Shown: piece after piece, positions 40,054 to 49,443 of the stretch | Layout: each line of letters starts with the position of its first letter | Numbering within the stretch: the stretch's first letter is position 1 | Source: a virus | Lineage: Duplodnaviria; Caudoviricetes | IMG/VR virus record: IMGVR_UViG_2744054526_000001 | Coordinates: 1-64,000 of that record | Direction: 5' to 3' (one strand) | Length of the DNA stretch: 64,000 bases | Position numbers and translations under genes: made by a program | Notes under the pieces: generated by a model | Seen by the model: only the letters and a program-made list of their open reading frames with translations | What the model was told of the DNA's origin: nothing | The model's database searches: none

Positions 40054-40527
40054 ATGGCGATTTATAATAAAGATACAAAACAGTATTCCATTAGTGGTTA
40101 TAACAATTATGCATGGTCAGCTTCAAAAAATGTTTTCTACCTTATTACTGACTTGATTACATATGTCAGAGCGGGGAACTGGCCTAGTGATGCTGTAGAG
40201 GTATCAGACGATGTATTTAACGAGTTTGCTGCCTTCCAGAATGAAAACGGGATGATCAGAGGTGTCGGTAGTGATGGTCTTCCTGCATGGGTGACGCCAC
40301 CTGAACCTTCAAAGGAACTGCTGATACGAAATGCAGAAGCTAATCGTAATACGCTTACTGCAAAAGCTAGCCTTGAAATTGATATGTTGATGGATGCAGA
40401 GTCTGATGGAACAATTACCGATGATGAAAGAAAATTACTGGCAAAATGGAAAACTTATCGCCTTTCATTACGTCGACTTGATTTAACAACGGCACCGGAC
40501 ATCGACTGGCCTGAAATCCCCGTCTGA
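40054..40527 (+). CDS. Tail fiber assembly chaperone
   Basis: WKTYRLSLRRLD..APDIDWPE. Confidence 0.88.
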   Translation: MAIYNKDTKQYSISGYNNYAWSASKNVFYLITDLITYVRAGNWPSDAVEVSDDVFNEFAAFQNENGMIRGVGSDGLPAWVTPPEPSKELLIRNAEANRNTLTAKASLEIDMLMDAESDGTITDDERKLLAKWKTYRLSLRRLDLTTAPDIDWPEIPV

Positions 40528-40542
40528 TTAAGAATTCTTTGA

Positions 40543-40572
40543 TTGCAGGGGGAATTACTATAACCCCCTGCA
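40543..40572. terminator. Likely bidirectional terminator
   Basis: TGCAGGGGG...CCCCCTGCA between convergent genes. Confidence 0.65.
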
Positions 40573-40580
40573 TTTATTAC

Positions 40581-41672
40581 TTAACCAGACACCGCATGCT
40601 TTGCATTCTTTTTAAAAAAAGGTTTCTCGATATAATTATATGAAGCATATGCAAGAATGATTGAAATAAAGCAATACAAACCAAATTTCAACCACCCGTT
40701 AGGAAATCCTATTTCAGTAAGGCGCTTGTCTAATCCTGAATTCATTAATGTGTGTATCAGGTAAAGAGAGTAAGAAATGTCACCTAAGAATAGAGCGAAT
40801 TTCGGAGTTTTGTTTTTAAAAAGATCTTCATTTATAGTTAAAGCTACAAAAAGGAATAGCATATACAAACCTCCCGATAATGGGCCGTGAGTAATGCTCT
40901 GTGAAAAATGGACACTGCTTATAGAACTTATCAACAATAAAATTCCAATTATTCTTCTGGCGAGTGCTGGGAAAATAATTATATGACTATATGCCTTTTG
41001 AAAAATAACACCATAAAGAAATAAAATAATTATGGGATTTGTTGCCAGATTAATGAATTTGTTATCTGACTCAATACCAATGTCACTTAAAGTTGGTGAG
41101 AAGCCAATCATTGCAGGAACGGCAAATACCATTGCTATAATGATTAAGGCTAAAGCAAAAGTTCTGTTTTTAATAAAAATAGATAATGAAACAAGTAAGT
41201 AAAAATAAATTTCGTATATCAGTGACCATCTGATTCCGTACATACTTTCATTGTTTAGATAAAGCGGCCCGTTCTGAGATGTAACTGGTGTTAATGTGAA
41301 TGCGCTAATCAAATTTTCTACTTTTTCTGAATAATGGAACGTACTCATTGCCCCACCAGTTATGAATGCAATAAATAACCAAAAATAATATGCAGGCAGC
41401 ACACGTTTCAGACGATGCTTAACAAATACAAAGCAACCATTAATGTCATAGTTTACCTTGCTAGTAGACATCGCTATGACGAATCCGCTAATAATAAAAA
41501 ATATATCTACACCAAGGTAACCATATTTCATTAAACTCTTACCTAGCCCATCATACGCAGAATCTAAAATCCAGCTAAAATGAAAAAGCATTACTGTAAC
41601 TGCTGCCAGACCGCGCATTGTATGCAGTGAATCGAGTCTGTTGTTTAGATTCCCCGCCAAACTATCTTTCAT
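40581..41672 (-). CDS. Acyltransferase 3 family (O-antigen acetylase-like) moron
   Basis: RGLAA..V..FH, GVDIFFIISGF, WSLIYEIYFY, GDISYSLYLIH, IEKP; multi-TM and AT-rich. Confidence 0.9.
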   Translation of the reverse strand: MKDSLAGNLNNRLDSLHTMRGLAAVTVMLFHFSWILDSAYDGLGKSLMKYGYLGVDIFFIISGFVIAMSTSKVNYDINGCFVFVKHRLKRVLPAYYFWLFIAFITGGAMSTFHYSEKVENLISAFTLTPVTSQNGPLYLNNESMYGIRWSLIYEIYFYLLVSLSIFIKNRTFALALIIIAMVFAVPAMIGFSPTLSDIGIESDNKFINLATNPIIILFLYGVIFQKAYSHIIIFPALARRIIGILLLISSISSVHFSQSITHGPLSGGLYMLFLFVALTINEDLFKNKTPKFALFLGDISYSLYLIHTLMNSGLDKRLTEIGFPNGWLKFGLYCFISIILAYASYNYIEKPFFKKNAKHAVSG

Positions 41673-41822
41673 ATAATTTCTCTTGCTGATTTGTTTGTTC
41701 TGGCTGAATTAGTGGAGCGTAAATATTTTAGATGCCGCAGTCCCGAGTATGCAAGAAATGACTGCGGCTGGCTGCCAAGTATTCATCGCGAGAAATCGAA
41801 GGGAGTGTTACCCGAGTAATAC

Positions 41823-42089
41823 TTAAAGTCCAACCTGGCGAACTGTCGGGAACTCGGAAACCAGCCACATATCGGCCTCTTCAAACATCTCCTCCAGCAT
41901 GCGGTTCAGCTTTTCCCGATCGCTTTTACTGGCATCGCTATTCAAGCCATTCGCCTGCATCGGCTTCACCCTCACTTCGGCAGCAGGGAAAATCTGGTGC
42001 ACTCGCTTCGTCAGCTCTGCCAGGATAATCTCTCTGGCTCCTGCCAGCCCTTCAACGTTACGTTTGTCATAAACCAGTTCGACGATCAT
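41823..42089 (-). CDS. DinI-family protein
   Basis: VELVYDKRN..ELTKR...EEMFEEADMW. Confidence 0.88.
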   Translation of the reverse strand: MIVELVYDKRNVEGLAGAREIILAELTKRVHQIFPAAEVRVKPMQANGLNSDASKSDREKLNRMLEEMFEEADMWLVSEFPTVRQVGL

Positions 42090-42105
42090 GTCGCACCTCA
42101 TTATA

Positions 42106-42121
42106 CTGTTTGAATGTACAG
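42106..42121. promoter_or_regulatory. LexA (SOS) box upstream of dinI-like gene
   Basis: CTG-TTTGAATGTA-CAG. Confidence 0.8.
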
Positions 42122-42296
42122 TATTAAAGGCGTAAAACCCTTTTCGGTCAAGGGGTGCTTACATCAAAGGCATGTGCCATTTTTGTGTCACATATGGTAA
42201 GGCTGCATTCATCACCATGCATCATGTGCCGTTAAGTTATCTTTTGTGAATGCGGAAATGTGTATGTAAAACAGTTAGTTAAATGTGATTCTACTA

Positions 42297-42342
42297 ATTC
42301 GTAATGCGAAGGTCGTAGGTTCGACTCCTATTATCGGCACCA
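42297..42342 (+). repeat. attR core: 3' 46 bp of tRNA-Thr(CGT) thrW (not a complete tRNA)
   Basis: ATTCGTAATGCGAAGGTCGTAGGTTCGACTCCTATTATCGGCACCA, the P22 att core; 5' tRNA half absent. Confidence 0.92.
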
Positions 42343-42667
42343 TCAAAATCAATTAGTTACGTTAAAAACTCTCTTTGCTTATATTATAATTTTTTCGCGT
42401 GTAACTGTATGTGTAAGTGATTTTCATCGACCTACATCAACAGTTGATATATGCAATTTCAGGTTGGCTCATTCCTGTCGATTTTTCACATTGATGATAG
42501 GATGTTCATTAGTAGTGATATCAGAACGATTTTTTTGAAAAATACGTATTGTGAAGCTTTGGTTCTTAGCCTGTTTAGGTATGCCTGATTTTAAGATAGC
42601 CCTTCCCTGTACACTTCCATCTGTGGTGTAATCCCTTGTGATTTTAAGGTTTCTTTCGAGAGATAGC

Positions 42668-43327
42668 ATGGAATTATTCGAAAATTATTTGTCAACGTTA
42701 CCTAAAAAAAAGCGATTGAGTGAAGTCAAGTTGACTATCCTGAAGAGATTATGGGGCTCGGATGATATTGATTTTCCTAAACCTTGGGTCTCATCAATAG
42801 AACTACTGGAACTGACAGGGCAAAAGTACTTCGATAGACGAACAAGAGAATTGCGAGATGAACTAGGCTGTGATCTCGAAAGCTCGTACATTGCGGAGTT
42901 CTCGGGGCATGCTTGGCGGCTAAAATCAAATATGATTGCCCCACCAATGGAAAGGGAATACCTGACAGAATCACAACGATCTGGTTTATTTTCTAACCAC
43001 AGCAACACATGTGCAACATGTGGTAAAACTGTTGCTGCTGGGGTCAGGGGGCTACAAGCGGATCACAAAATACCTTTGTCACGTGGTGGTGGAAATGAGT
43101 TAACCAATTGGCAAGCTCTTTGCCACAATTGCAACGTAGGTAAGAGAAGAGCATGTGAGGGATGCACTGATGATTGTTACACATGCTCATGGGCATTCCC
43201 TGAAAAGTTCGGGATAACAACAATGCTCCATCTGCCAGAAGCTGCTTTAAGAAAAGCTCAGCAGCTAGCCGATGCAGATGGGATTTCATTAGACGAAATC
43301 GTTGCCTACGCAATACGCAAGCTCTGA
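42668..43327 (+). CDS. HNH endonuclease (candidate restriction enzyme)
   Basis: CATCG..ADHKIPLSRGG.N...NWQALCHNCN; wHTH-like N-terminus. Confidence 0.85.
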   Translation: MELFENYLSTLPKKKRLSEVKLTILKRLWGSDDIDFPKPWVSSIELLELTGQKYFDRRTRELRDELGCDLESSYIAEFSGHAWRLKSNMIAPPMEREYLTESQRSGLFSNHSNTCATCGKTVAAGVRGLQADHKIPLSRGGGNELTNWQALCHNCNVGKRRACEGCTDDCYTCSWAFPEKFGITTMLHLPEAALRKAQQLADADGISLDEIVAYAIRKL

Positions 43328-44376
43328 ATATCATTTGACTCGAGTGGTAACGCCAACTGTTGTTTTTTCATGATGTCAACAGCTTCGAGTGCTTTACGGA
43401 TTTGCCTTCCTGTTGCCTCGGCAACAGGGGGGGGGAAAGCGTTACCGACTTGACGATAAGCAGCTGTTTTTTTACCAGAGAATTTCCACCAGTCGGGGAA
43501 ACCTTGGATTCGTGCAGCCATTCTTACAGTCAAACGAGGCATATTTTCAAAACCAGTCCGAATTTTTCCGTCTCTTCCAACATACCCGATAAACCCCTTT
43601 TCAGGGCCATTATCCGCTATGGAATGTCCATTGACTCCAAGCGCTTGCCAGGATCTTTTGGCTCTTGTCGGGCCAAGATCTGGCCCACCATGCTTATGGG
43701 AGCCGCCAACAAGTGTAGGAGCTATATTATCTGCTGCCTTTCTCCAGGCTTCAGCTCCTTCCCAACCTCCCATTGACATTAAGTCAAAGAGGGCATCACC
43801 CACAGTCGGCGGTATCAACGTTTCACTCGGCCAATGAAAATGAGCTGCATATTCACCACGCAATGCCACTAAAAGAACACGTGGGCGAAGCTGAGGAACT
43901 CCGTAATCAGAGGCATGATGAAGTTTCCAAAAGGTTTTATAGCCCATTGCAGAGAAAGCATGATCTAGTTCTTGCCGGTATTGCTTAAACTTTGGGTCTA
44001 GTAAACCAGAAACATTTTCAATCATTACTGCTTTTGGCTTAATGGTGTTCACAATTTTGAGCGCCGTCGGAAACAAATCACGTTCATCATCTTTGCCAAG
44101 TTGCTTCCCTGCTTTTGAGAATGGTGGGCAAGGAACTCCCCCTGCAACCAAATCAACATCAGAAAAACTATATGCAGTGTGTTCAGCAAAATGCTTAACG
44201 CAACCTTCTACGATATCTCCCCAACCCAAAGAATGGAGCTCATTGTTGAGGCGAAGAGTTTCGCAGGCAGCTGGATCAATCTCGACTAGTGCGCGGTGAG
44301 CGAAGCCAGCGTTATGTAACCCTAAGGCTTGACCTCCTGCTCCTGCGCAAATCTCTACAGATGTATATTGTAACAT
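43306..44376 (-). CDS. DNA cytosine-5 methyltransferase (M.NgoMIV/NaeI-like)
   Basis: CAGAGG, GGVPCPPFS, ENV, QLRPR, GNAFPPP; TRD PTLVGGSHKHGGPDLGPTR. Confidence 0.92.
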   Translation of the reverse strand: MLQYTSVEICAGAGGQALGLHNAGFAHRALVEIDPAACETLRLNNELHSLGWGDIVEGCVKHFAEHTAYSFSDVDLVAGGVPCPPFSKAGKQLGKDDERDLFPTALKIVNTIKPKAVMIENVSGLLDPKFKQYRQELDHAFSAMGYKTFWKLHHASDYGVPQLRPRVLLVALRGEYAAHFHWPSETLIPPTVGDALFDLMSMGGWEGAEAWRKAADNIAPTLVGGSHKHGGPDLGPTRAKRSWQALGVNGHSIADNGPEKGFIGYVGRDGKIRTGFENMPRLTVRMAARIQGFPDWWKFSGKKTAAYRQVGNAFPPPVAEATGRQIRKALEAVDIMKKQQLALPLESNDIQSLRIA

Positions 44377-44386
44377 GCCATTAAAC

Positions 44387-44402
44387 CTGTATATAAAAAC
44401 AG
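44387..44402. promoter_or_regulatory. LexA (SOS) box upstream of methyltransferase
   Basis: CTG-TATATAAAAA-CAG, 10 bp from the ATG. Confidence 0.75.
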
Positions 44403-44775
44403 TTGTATATTTATCTGATCAGAGACCATTACGCAACTAATTGTACAAAACAAGCAGTACTACCGCCATTAAGCCGGTCAGCTTAGTTACTTGATTACTG
44501 TATGACAAGGCAATCTACTACTTTGTTATGGAACCCTCAATTTATCAAATGAGTAGCATTTAATAGTGTTAGGGGCATCATCTTGATCAGAGCTTGTTGT
44601 CTAGTGCTGGCTGAGACAAACTGTCTCAGTTGATCACGAAAGGTCTTACTATCTGTTTACATGATATTTTGTCCGTAAGATGTATTGCGTCCACTGTAAG
44701 TAGCAGACGCATTATGCAAGGAGTAAATAAAGGAGAAATATTGGTGATGAAGATTGGGAATGCTGCTCGTAGAAT

Positions 44776-45117
44776 TCAGCGTTCTAGGTCACTTCGGCTT
44801 TGTCGTAACAAGCCAGTTGCCTGTCGAGCTCGCAGAATATCAACGGCCCGAAGATAAGGTGATTGTTCTTGCCAACTAAACCCTCTGCGATCGATACGAA
44901 CCAGCTCGTACTTATCCACCAGAAAGTTAACGGCATCAGCCATCGTGATACCGGCATCAATGTGTTCCTGAATCACAGTTTCATCACTGAACGGGGTGTC
45001 GTTCAGTGTCAGGCCATAGTGCTGTTCAAGCAGGCGTGTCAGTAACATTTTCCAGACAGCCACGGGCAACAGACAGGGCTTCGCCGCCCGCGAAATTGTA
45101 GCAGGTAGAGTTTTCAT
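44776..45117 (-). CDS. ykfI: Type IV TA toxin (CbtA/YkfI family)
   Basis: [28 protein letters not shown]. Confidence 0.9.
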   Translation of the reverse strand: MKTLPATISRAAKPCLLPVAVWKMLLTRLLEQHYGLTLNDTPFSDETVIQEHIDAGITMADAVNFLVDKYELVRIDRRGFSWQEQSPYLRAVDILRARQATGLLRQSRSDLER

Positions 45118-45137
45118 GCTTGCTCTCGTGAAATTAG

Positions 45138-45455
45138 TTAGCGTTGAGTGGGATAAACAGCGATGTATACGTAGCCGCAACTACCAAGAGTATCGGCTTC
45201 GCAGGTAAAATCGTTGTGGTACAGGATGACGCAGTAGGCATGACGGGGATTCAGTTCACCAGTGGTCAGCATCGACTCTATCAGGCTGATAAAATGTGGA
45301 AATACCACATCCAGCTTAAGACATTCGGCGTCACTAAACTTACCGGTGATACTGGCCCGGTCAGCCAGATAGTGCAGCCGGTTGCCATCCTGCACCAGAC
45401 GTGCTCCCAGGCGCGGCGTGATATCCCGCTGCAGGCCCCATGTAGTGTTGCTCAT
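45138..45455 (-). CDS. yafW: Type IV TA antitoxin (CbeA/YafW family)
   Basis: [30 protein letters not shown]. Confidence 0.9.
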   Translation of the reverse strand: MSNTTWGLQRDITPRLGARLVQDGNRLHYLADRASITGKFSDAECLKLDVVFPHFISLIESMLTTGELNPRHAYCVILYHNDFTCEADTLGSCGYVYIAVYPTQR

Positions 45456-45472
45456 TTATAACCTCTTTATTG

Positions 45473-45694
45473 TCAGTTCAGGGTGATACTCATCAGACAG
45501 GTATAAGGTCCGTTGCGGTCCTGGCGGCGTTCGGCGTATACCGCCAGCACGCCGGGAATGTCAGGAACTACCTTACCGGTGTAATGACAGACGCTACCGT
45601 GCCACTGGTATCTGCCGGTGCAGTATCGAAAAATGCGGGAGGCCGGATGTTGACGGTAAATTGTCATCGCCCGGCGTTTACTGATAATTTTCAT
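45473..45694 (-). CDS. ykfH: DUF987 protein
   Basis: MKIISKRRAMTIYRQHP..YAERRQDRNGPY. Confidence 0.85.
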   Translation of the reverse strand: MKIISKRRAMTIYRQHPASRIFRYCTGRYQWHGSVCHYTGKVVPDIPGVLAVYAERRQDRNGPYTCLMSITLN

Positions 45695-45702
45695 GTCATA
45701 CC

Positions 45703-46179
45703 TCAAAGCAAACCATGTTCAGCGAATGAATAGATTTTCCTGCCACCGACAATCAGATGGTCAGGGATGCGGATGTCAACCAACTGAAGTACCTGAACCA
45801 GTCGCTGCGTAAGGGCTTTGTCCGCCTGGCTGGGCGTCGTCTCGCCGGAAGGATGGTTATGCGCCAGTATTACCGCCGCCGCGTTGAAATACAGGGCGCG
45901 CTTGACCACCTCCCGGGGATGGACCTCGGTGCGGTTAATCGTGCCGCTAAAGAGCGTCTCATGGGCAATAAGCTGATTCTGGTTGTCCAGATACAACACC
46001 CGGAACTCTTCCCGCTCAAGCGCGGCCATATGCAGTCGCAGCCATTCACGTACGGCGTGGGTGGAGGTGAAGGCTACCCCGGGCTCATGCAGATGCCGGT
46101 CCAGAATCCTGAGGGCGCGCTGGATGAGACGCCGGTCCTGTGGCGTTATCTCGCCGGGTAAAAAGGAAAGCTGTTTCAT
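45703..46179 (-). CDS. ykfG: RadC-like JAB domain protein
   Basis: VHPREV, AHNHPSG, PSQAD, DH. Confidence 0.9.
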   Translation of the reverse strand: MKQLSFLPGEITPQDRRLIQRALRILDRHLHEPGVAFTSTHAVREWLRLHMAALEREEFRVLYLDNQNQLIAHETLFSGTINRTEVHPREVVKRALYFNAAAVILAHNHPSGETTPSQADKALTQRLVQVLQLVDIRIPDHLIVGGRKIYSFAEHGLL

Positions 46180-46194
46180 TCGTTGTACCTCCGG

Positions 46195-46653
46195 TCAGTC
46201 GATGATGCGCAGAATGGCGTAAGCTTCAGGATGCTGCAGGGCATAGTCCCGCAGGCGATAATAGTGTGCGTTCATTGCGTCACATTCTGTACGACAGGCG
46301 TGATGGCTGTATTCAATCAGGCAGATAGCAATACCTGCGGCTTCTGCGCTCATTTCCGCACCATTGCCGTTCATGCCGTTGAGCAGATGCCATTTATCGT
46401 CACTGTCAGCATCAGGAGCCATAAACGCGCCGCCATTGCTGAGCGTGTAAAAGGACCAGATACCACCGCTGTACTCATCACAGAAGCGGTCCATCCAGGC
46501 GAAAATGCGGGGTTCCAGCGTTATCCATCGTGGGATAGAGCCAAAGTACTGCGGCCAGAAATCGAGACGCTGTTCGTCAGGTACTGGTGTTGCAGTAAGG
46601 GCAAATTGAGGTTCATTAGCGGGTACCAATTCGCATTGAGTTTGTGTCGTCAT
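46195..46653 (-). CDS. yafX: Antirestriction protein (KlcA/ArdB family)
   Basis: Y.GG.W.FYTLSNGGAFMAP; MSAEAAGI. Confidence 0.88.
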   Translation of the reverse strand: MTTQTQCELVPANEPQFALTATPVPDEQRLDFWPQYFGSIPRWITLEPRIFAWMDRFCDEYSGGIWSFYTLSNGGAFMAPDADSDDKWHLLNGMNGNGAEMSAEAAGIAICLIEYSHHACRTECDAMNAHYYRLRDYALQHPEAYAILRIID

Positions 46654-46738
46654 GGATACTCTCCGTCAATAAAAACGCCAGCAACGATGGTTGGCGTATG
46701 GGAAATAAAGGATATACAGGGATGATGAATGGGTGTGG

Positions 46739-46975
46739 TCAGGAGGAGGATGCTCTGAGCATGCCTGACTTGCGGATATAACGGTTAAGCCCTTCACCGG
46801 CATCCGGTTCAAAGCACCACGCCCGCCAGATCATTCGACCTTCAGAGTCACGAACCACCAGGCGGAAGTGTGTGCCCTGGTCGTCTTCAATGCTGATGTT
46901 GCGATACCTGCGGGTAATCGCTTCGGCCTGCTGTCGGGTAAAAGGTCCCGGTGGCAGCATGTGAGATTCAGGCAT
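46739..46975 (-). CDS. ykfF: DUF905 protein
   Basis: [24 protein letters not shown]. Confidence 0.85.
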   Translation of the reverse strand: MPESHMLPPGPFTRQQAEAITRRYRNISIEDDQGTHFRLVVRDSEGRMIWRAWCFEPDAGEGLNRYIRKSGMLRASSS

Positions 46976-46994
46976 TCGATGTACCTTAAAAGCA

Positions 46995-47024
46995 AAAACC
47001 CCTGACGCTGCCGCGTCAGGGGTT
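46995..47024 (-). terminator. Rho-independent terminator
   Basis: AAAAACCCCTGACGC...GCGTCAGGGGTT. Confidence 0.7.
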
Positions 47025-47052
47025 GTGGGTGTATGCAGGTGTGGGGTGATAA

Positions 47053-47463
47053 TCAGTAACCGGTTTGTACCTTATACAGCCGCAGGGTTTTGCTACCCCG
47101 GACAATTTTCACATACAGGGCATTATCTTTCGTGCTGCGCACAAATCCGGCCTGCACATCGCCCTTACAGTCACCACCATCGTAAGGAATATTGACACCG
47201 GTCTGGCGCACCAGGTCGATAACCCCGAAGCTAAGGTCTTCACAGGCCGGGCCCGGCAGGTCCTGAATCAGGGCAAATTTATGGTCGTCGCTGACACCGG
47301 TCAGTGAACACATGGAAGTATTGATGTCGTTTCCCTGGCACCAGTACTCCTGGCCTGGATTGTCTTTATCCATCAGGTTTGCCGGAAGCTGAGCGGCACT
47401 GGCACTGAAGGTGGCGAGCAACAGAATGAGGGCGGATATGGCTGAAGTGATAATACTTAACAT
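47053..47463 (-). CDS. Exported hypothetical protein
   Basis: Signal peptide ending ASA; four Cys. Confidence 0.7.
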   Translation of the reverse strand: MLSIITSAISALILLLATFSASAAQLPANLMDKDNPGQEYWCQGNDINTSMCSLTGVSDDHKFALIQDLPGPACEDLSFGVIDLVRQTGVNIPYDGGDCKGDVQAGFVRSTKDNALYVKIVRGSKTLRLYKVQTGY

Positions 47464-47552
47464 GGCATTCTTCCTGAATTAATGGGTGCCAGATGACACC
47501 CGATATATTTGCAGGGCATCTGGTGTGATTTAAAACGTCTTTAATCAGATGC

Positions 47553-48119
47553 TCAGCAGTTACCGGTACGGCGGCACAGTTCTTTCAGGCTTTGCTGAGA
47601 GGCCCACTGTTGCAGTTGGCGATCCTTTTCTGTCTGCCTGGCCTTAATGGCAGCCAGTTGTTGTTTATTTGTGCAGCTTTCAGGCAGCACCATCAATACA
47701 CGGGGCTCCGCCTTTTTATTAACCATCTCAAGCTGCACCTGTGTATCGACGATACTGAAGTAACACCCTTTACCGTTATCCTCACCCTGGTACACCACAT
47801 CAAGATCAGAAGCATATCCGCTAGCCGTTTTCAGGTTCAGATAACGGACGGTTTTTGTTTTTTTGTCAGCTAGATACAGAGGGGTGTTATAGGCCTGGCG
47901 CAGCAAAAATGTATTCGTCCACGGATAATAACCAATGATGTCAGCCTTCAACCCAAGCGCATTGAGCATTTTCACATCATCATAGCCATCCGCAGAGGTC
48001 CAGCCGCTTTTCTTCATGTCGTACCAGTTGGTGAGACGACCGGTGACATCGTAGGCATGTGCGCTGGTCGTGAGCAGCAGGAGCCCTGTAACAGCCAGAG
48101 TAGTGAGTCTTCTTTTCAT
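47553..48119 (-). CDS. Exported hypothetical protein
   Basis: Signal peptide ending AHA; C-terminal ELCRRTGNC. Confidence 0.7.
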   Translation of the reverse strand: MKRRLTTLAVTGLLLLTTSAHAYDVTGRLTNWYDMKKSGWTSADGYDDVKMLNALGLKADIIGYYPWTNTFLLRQAYNTPLYLADKKTKTVRYLNLKTASGYASDLDVVYQGEDNGKGCYFSIVDTQVQLEMVNKKAEPRVLMVLPESCTNKQQLAAIKARQTEKDRQLQQWASQQSLKELCRRTGNC

Positions 48120-48170
48120 CGTGATATCCTTTTATTGCATCATATAGGCATGTTGTTGTCTGAGCAGGAT

Positions 48171-48707
48171 TCAGGCCATAACGGTCAGAACCAGCATTGC
48201 CAGCCATACCCAGAAGTAAGCCGGTTTCTGACCGAGGGTTTTCGCCCGTCGCCACAGATAGAACGGTACCAGCCACGCCAGTTTGCCGAACGTGATGGTG
48301 TCCACTCCGGCCTTACGCAGACGTCGCTCATCGAGATACCCCAATGCGATATTGAGCAGCAGCGTGATAAACCAGTACTGTCCGCCCGAGACAGCATCAT
48401 ATGCCTCGTCAAAGGACATACCGTTCAACCCTGCCGTCCACAGCTCAAGCGCATAACCAATGAAGGGAGCAAATGCCAGCGTCCATACCACTCCGCCGGG
48501 AATGCGGTGCCCCGGCAGTGCGGGCGGGATGGTGCTTTGCTGCAGTACTGTAGCAAGCGGGGTGGCGGAGACCGGTTGCCAATCCGTCATACCCTGTCGC
48601 CACACCAGCGTGGCAGCGGTGAGTTCACCGCGCGCAATCAGGTCAGTGATGTCATCTTCGGTCACATTGTCGTGACGTATGCCATTTTTCTCGTAATGCC
48701 AGGTCAT
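48171..48707 (-). CDS. GYF_2/DUF4339 membrane protein
   Basis: WHY..NG..TLVWRQGMTDWQP, PPALP linker, TM helices. Confidence 0.8.
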   Translation of the reverse strand: MTWHYEKNGIRHDNVTEDDITDLIARGELTAATLVWRQGMTDWQPVSATPLATVLQQSTIPPALPGHRIPGGVVWTLAFAPFIGYALELWTAGLNGMSFDEAYDAVSGGQYWFITLLLNIALGYLDERRLRKAGVDTITFGKLAWLVPFYLWRRAKTLGQKPAYFWVWLAMLVLTVMA

Positions 48708-48732
48708 TGTTTTTCCTTCTTAACAGAGGTCA

Positions 48733-49443
48733 TTAAATCAGTGTGTTGCCCTGCTCCTCCTCAGAGGCTCCAGAAGACAGGACTTCGCGAATACAACTGA
48801 AGTGCGGAAGAGCCCGGATAAAGCCCGCCTGTGTGGTTAACTGGCTGAGACGTTTTCGCGGGGTAAAAGTGGTGTTCAGGACTGTCACCGCATGGATGGT
48901 CGCCAGAGGGTGCACGGTGATATACCCGTTAAGTTCACCGGTGAGGTACCAGCAGCCGTCGAGTGATATCAGGCGGTACGGGGCCAGCCCGTCACAGCGC
49001 TCTCCCTCGGCCAGCAGCAGGACCCGCTGGCAGGCAGTAATGGCACTGACAAGACGGTAGAAGACCAGTGAGCTGGCCGGTGACACTGACTGTGGCGGCT
49101 GCCATACCAGACACGGCATCCCTCCTGCAGTGAGCAGCATGCCCGCCAGACGCCGGTCCAGCCCCGGAAAAATATCGGCCAGTCCAGCCCGGTGAGCAAA
49201 GGTCAGCGCATCCAGTTCACCCTGTACGCCTCCACCGGTGCTGCGCAGGCGGCATTGCCCCCGTAGATACTCCAGGTCCAGATACATCAGCCGTTCGCGA
49301 AAATCCCGTCGCAGGGTACGGACTGACACACCAAACTCAGCAGCCAGTCGGGCCATGTTCAGCGTCTCACCGGCAACCAGGCGGCTGATTATCAGTGACA
49401 GCCTGACAGCCAGTCGGTCATGACGGCGCTCTGCCTGTGTCAT
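48733..49443 (-). CDS. HTH-WYL transcriptional regulator (YafY-like)
   Basis: LAAEFGVSVRTLRRD HTH; PYRL....GCWYL. Confidence 0.8.
   Translation of the reverse strand: MTQAERRHDRLAVRLSLIISRLVAGETLNMARLAAEFGVSVRTLRRDFRERLMYLDLEYLRGQCRLRSTGGGVQGELDALTFAHRAGLADIFPGLDRRLAGMLLTAGGMPCLVWQPPQSVSPASSLVFYRLVSAITACQRVLLLAEGERCDGLAPYRLISLDGCWYLTGELNGYITVHPLATIHAVTVLNTTFTPRKRLSQLTTQAGFIRALPHFSCIREVLSSGASEEEQGNTLI

Larger units (their letters stand above)
1..42342. mobile_element. Temperate prophage (lambdoid early region, contractile tail) integrated at thrW; left end outside window
   Basis: Continuous int-xis-recombination-cI/cro-replication-nin-Q-lysis-head-tail order, ending in a 46-bp tRNA-Thr 3' repeat. 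Confidence 0.95.

Noticed and set aside
38688-42100. Invertible tail-fiber cassette or diversity-generating retroelement
   Set aside because: No invertase, second fiber end, reverse transcriptase or template repeat seen.
42297-42342. Functional tRNA-Thr gene
   Set aside because: Only the 3' 46 nt are present; upstream sequence does not form the acceptor and D arms, so it is attR.
42469-42669. 66-aa minus-strand ORF as an R-M controller protein
   Set aside because: No HTH or recognisable motif; probably spurious.
44630-44857. 75-aa plus-strand ORF
   Set aside because: TTG start, no motif, and it overlaps the ykfI end in antisense.
48057-48800. Long antisense ORFs (also 3396-4193, 20787-21563, 23351-24037)
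   Set aside because: Shadow frames of well-supported genes on the opposite strand, with no motifs.
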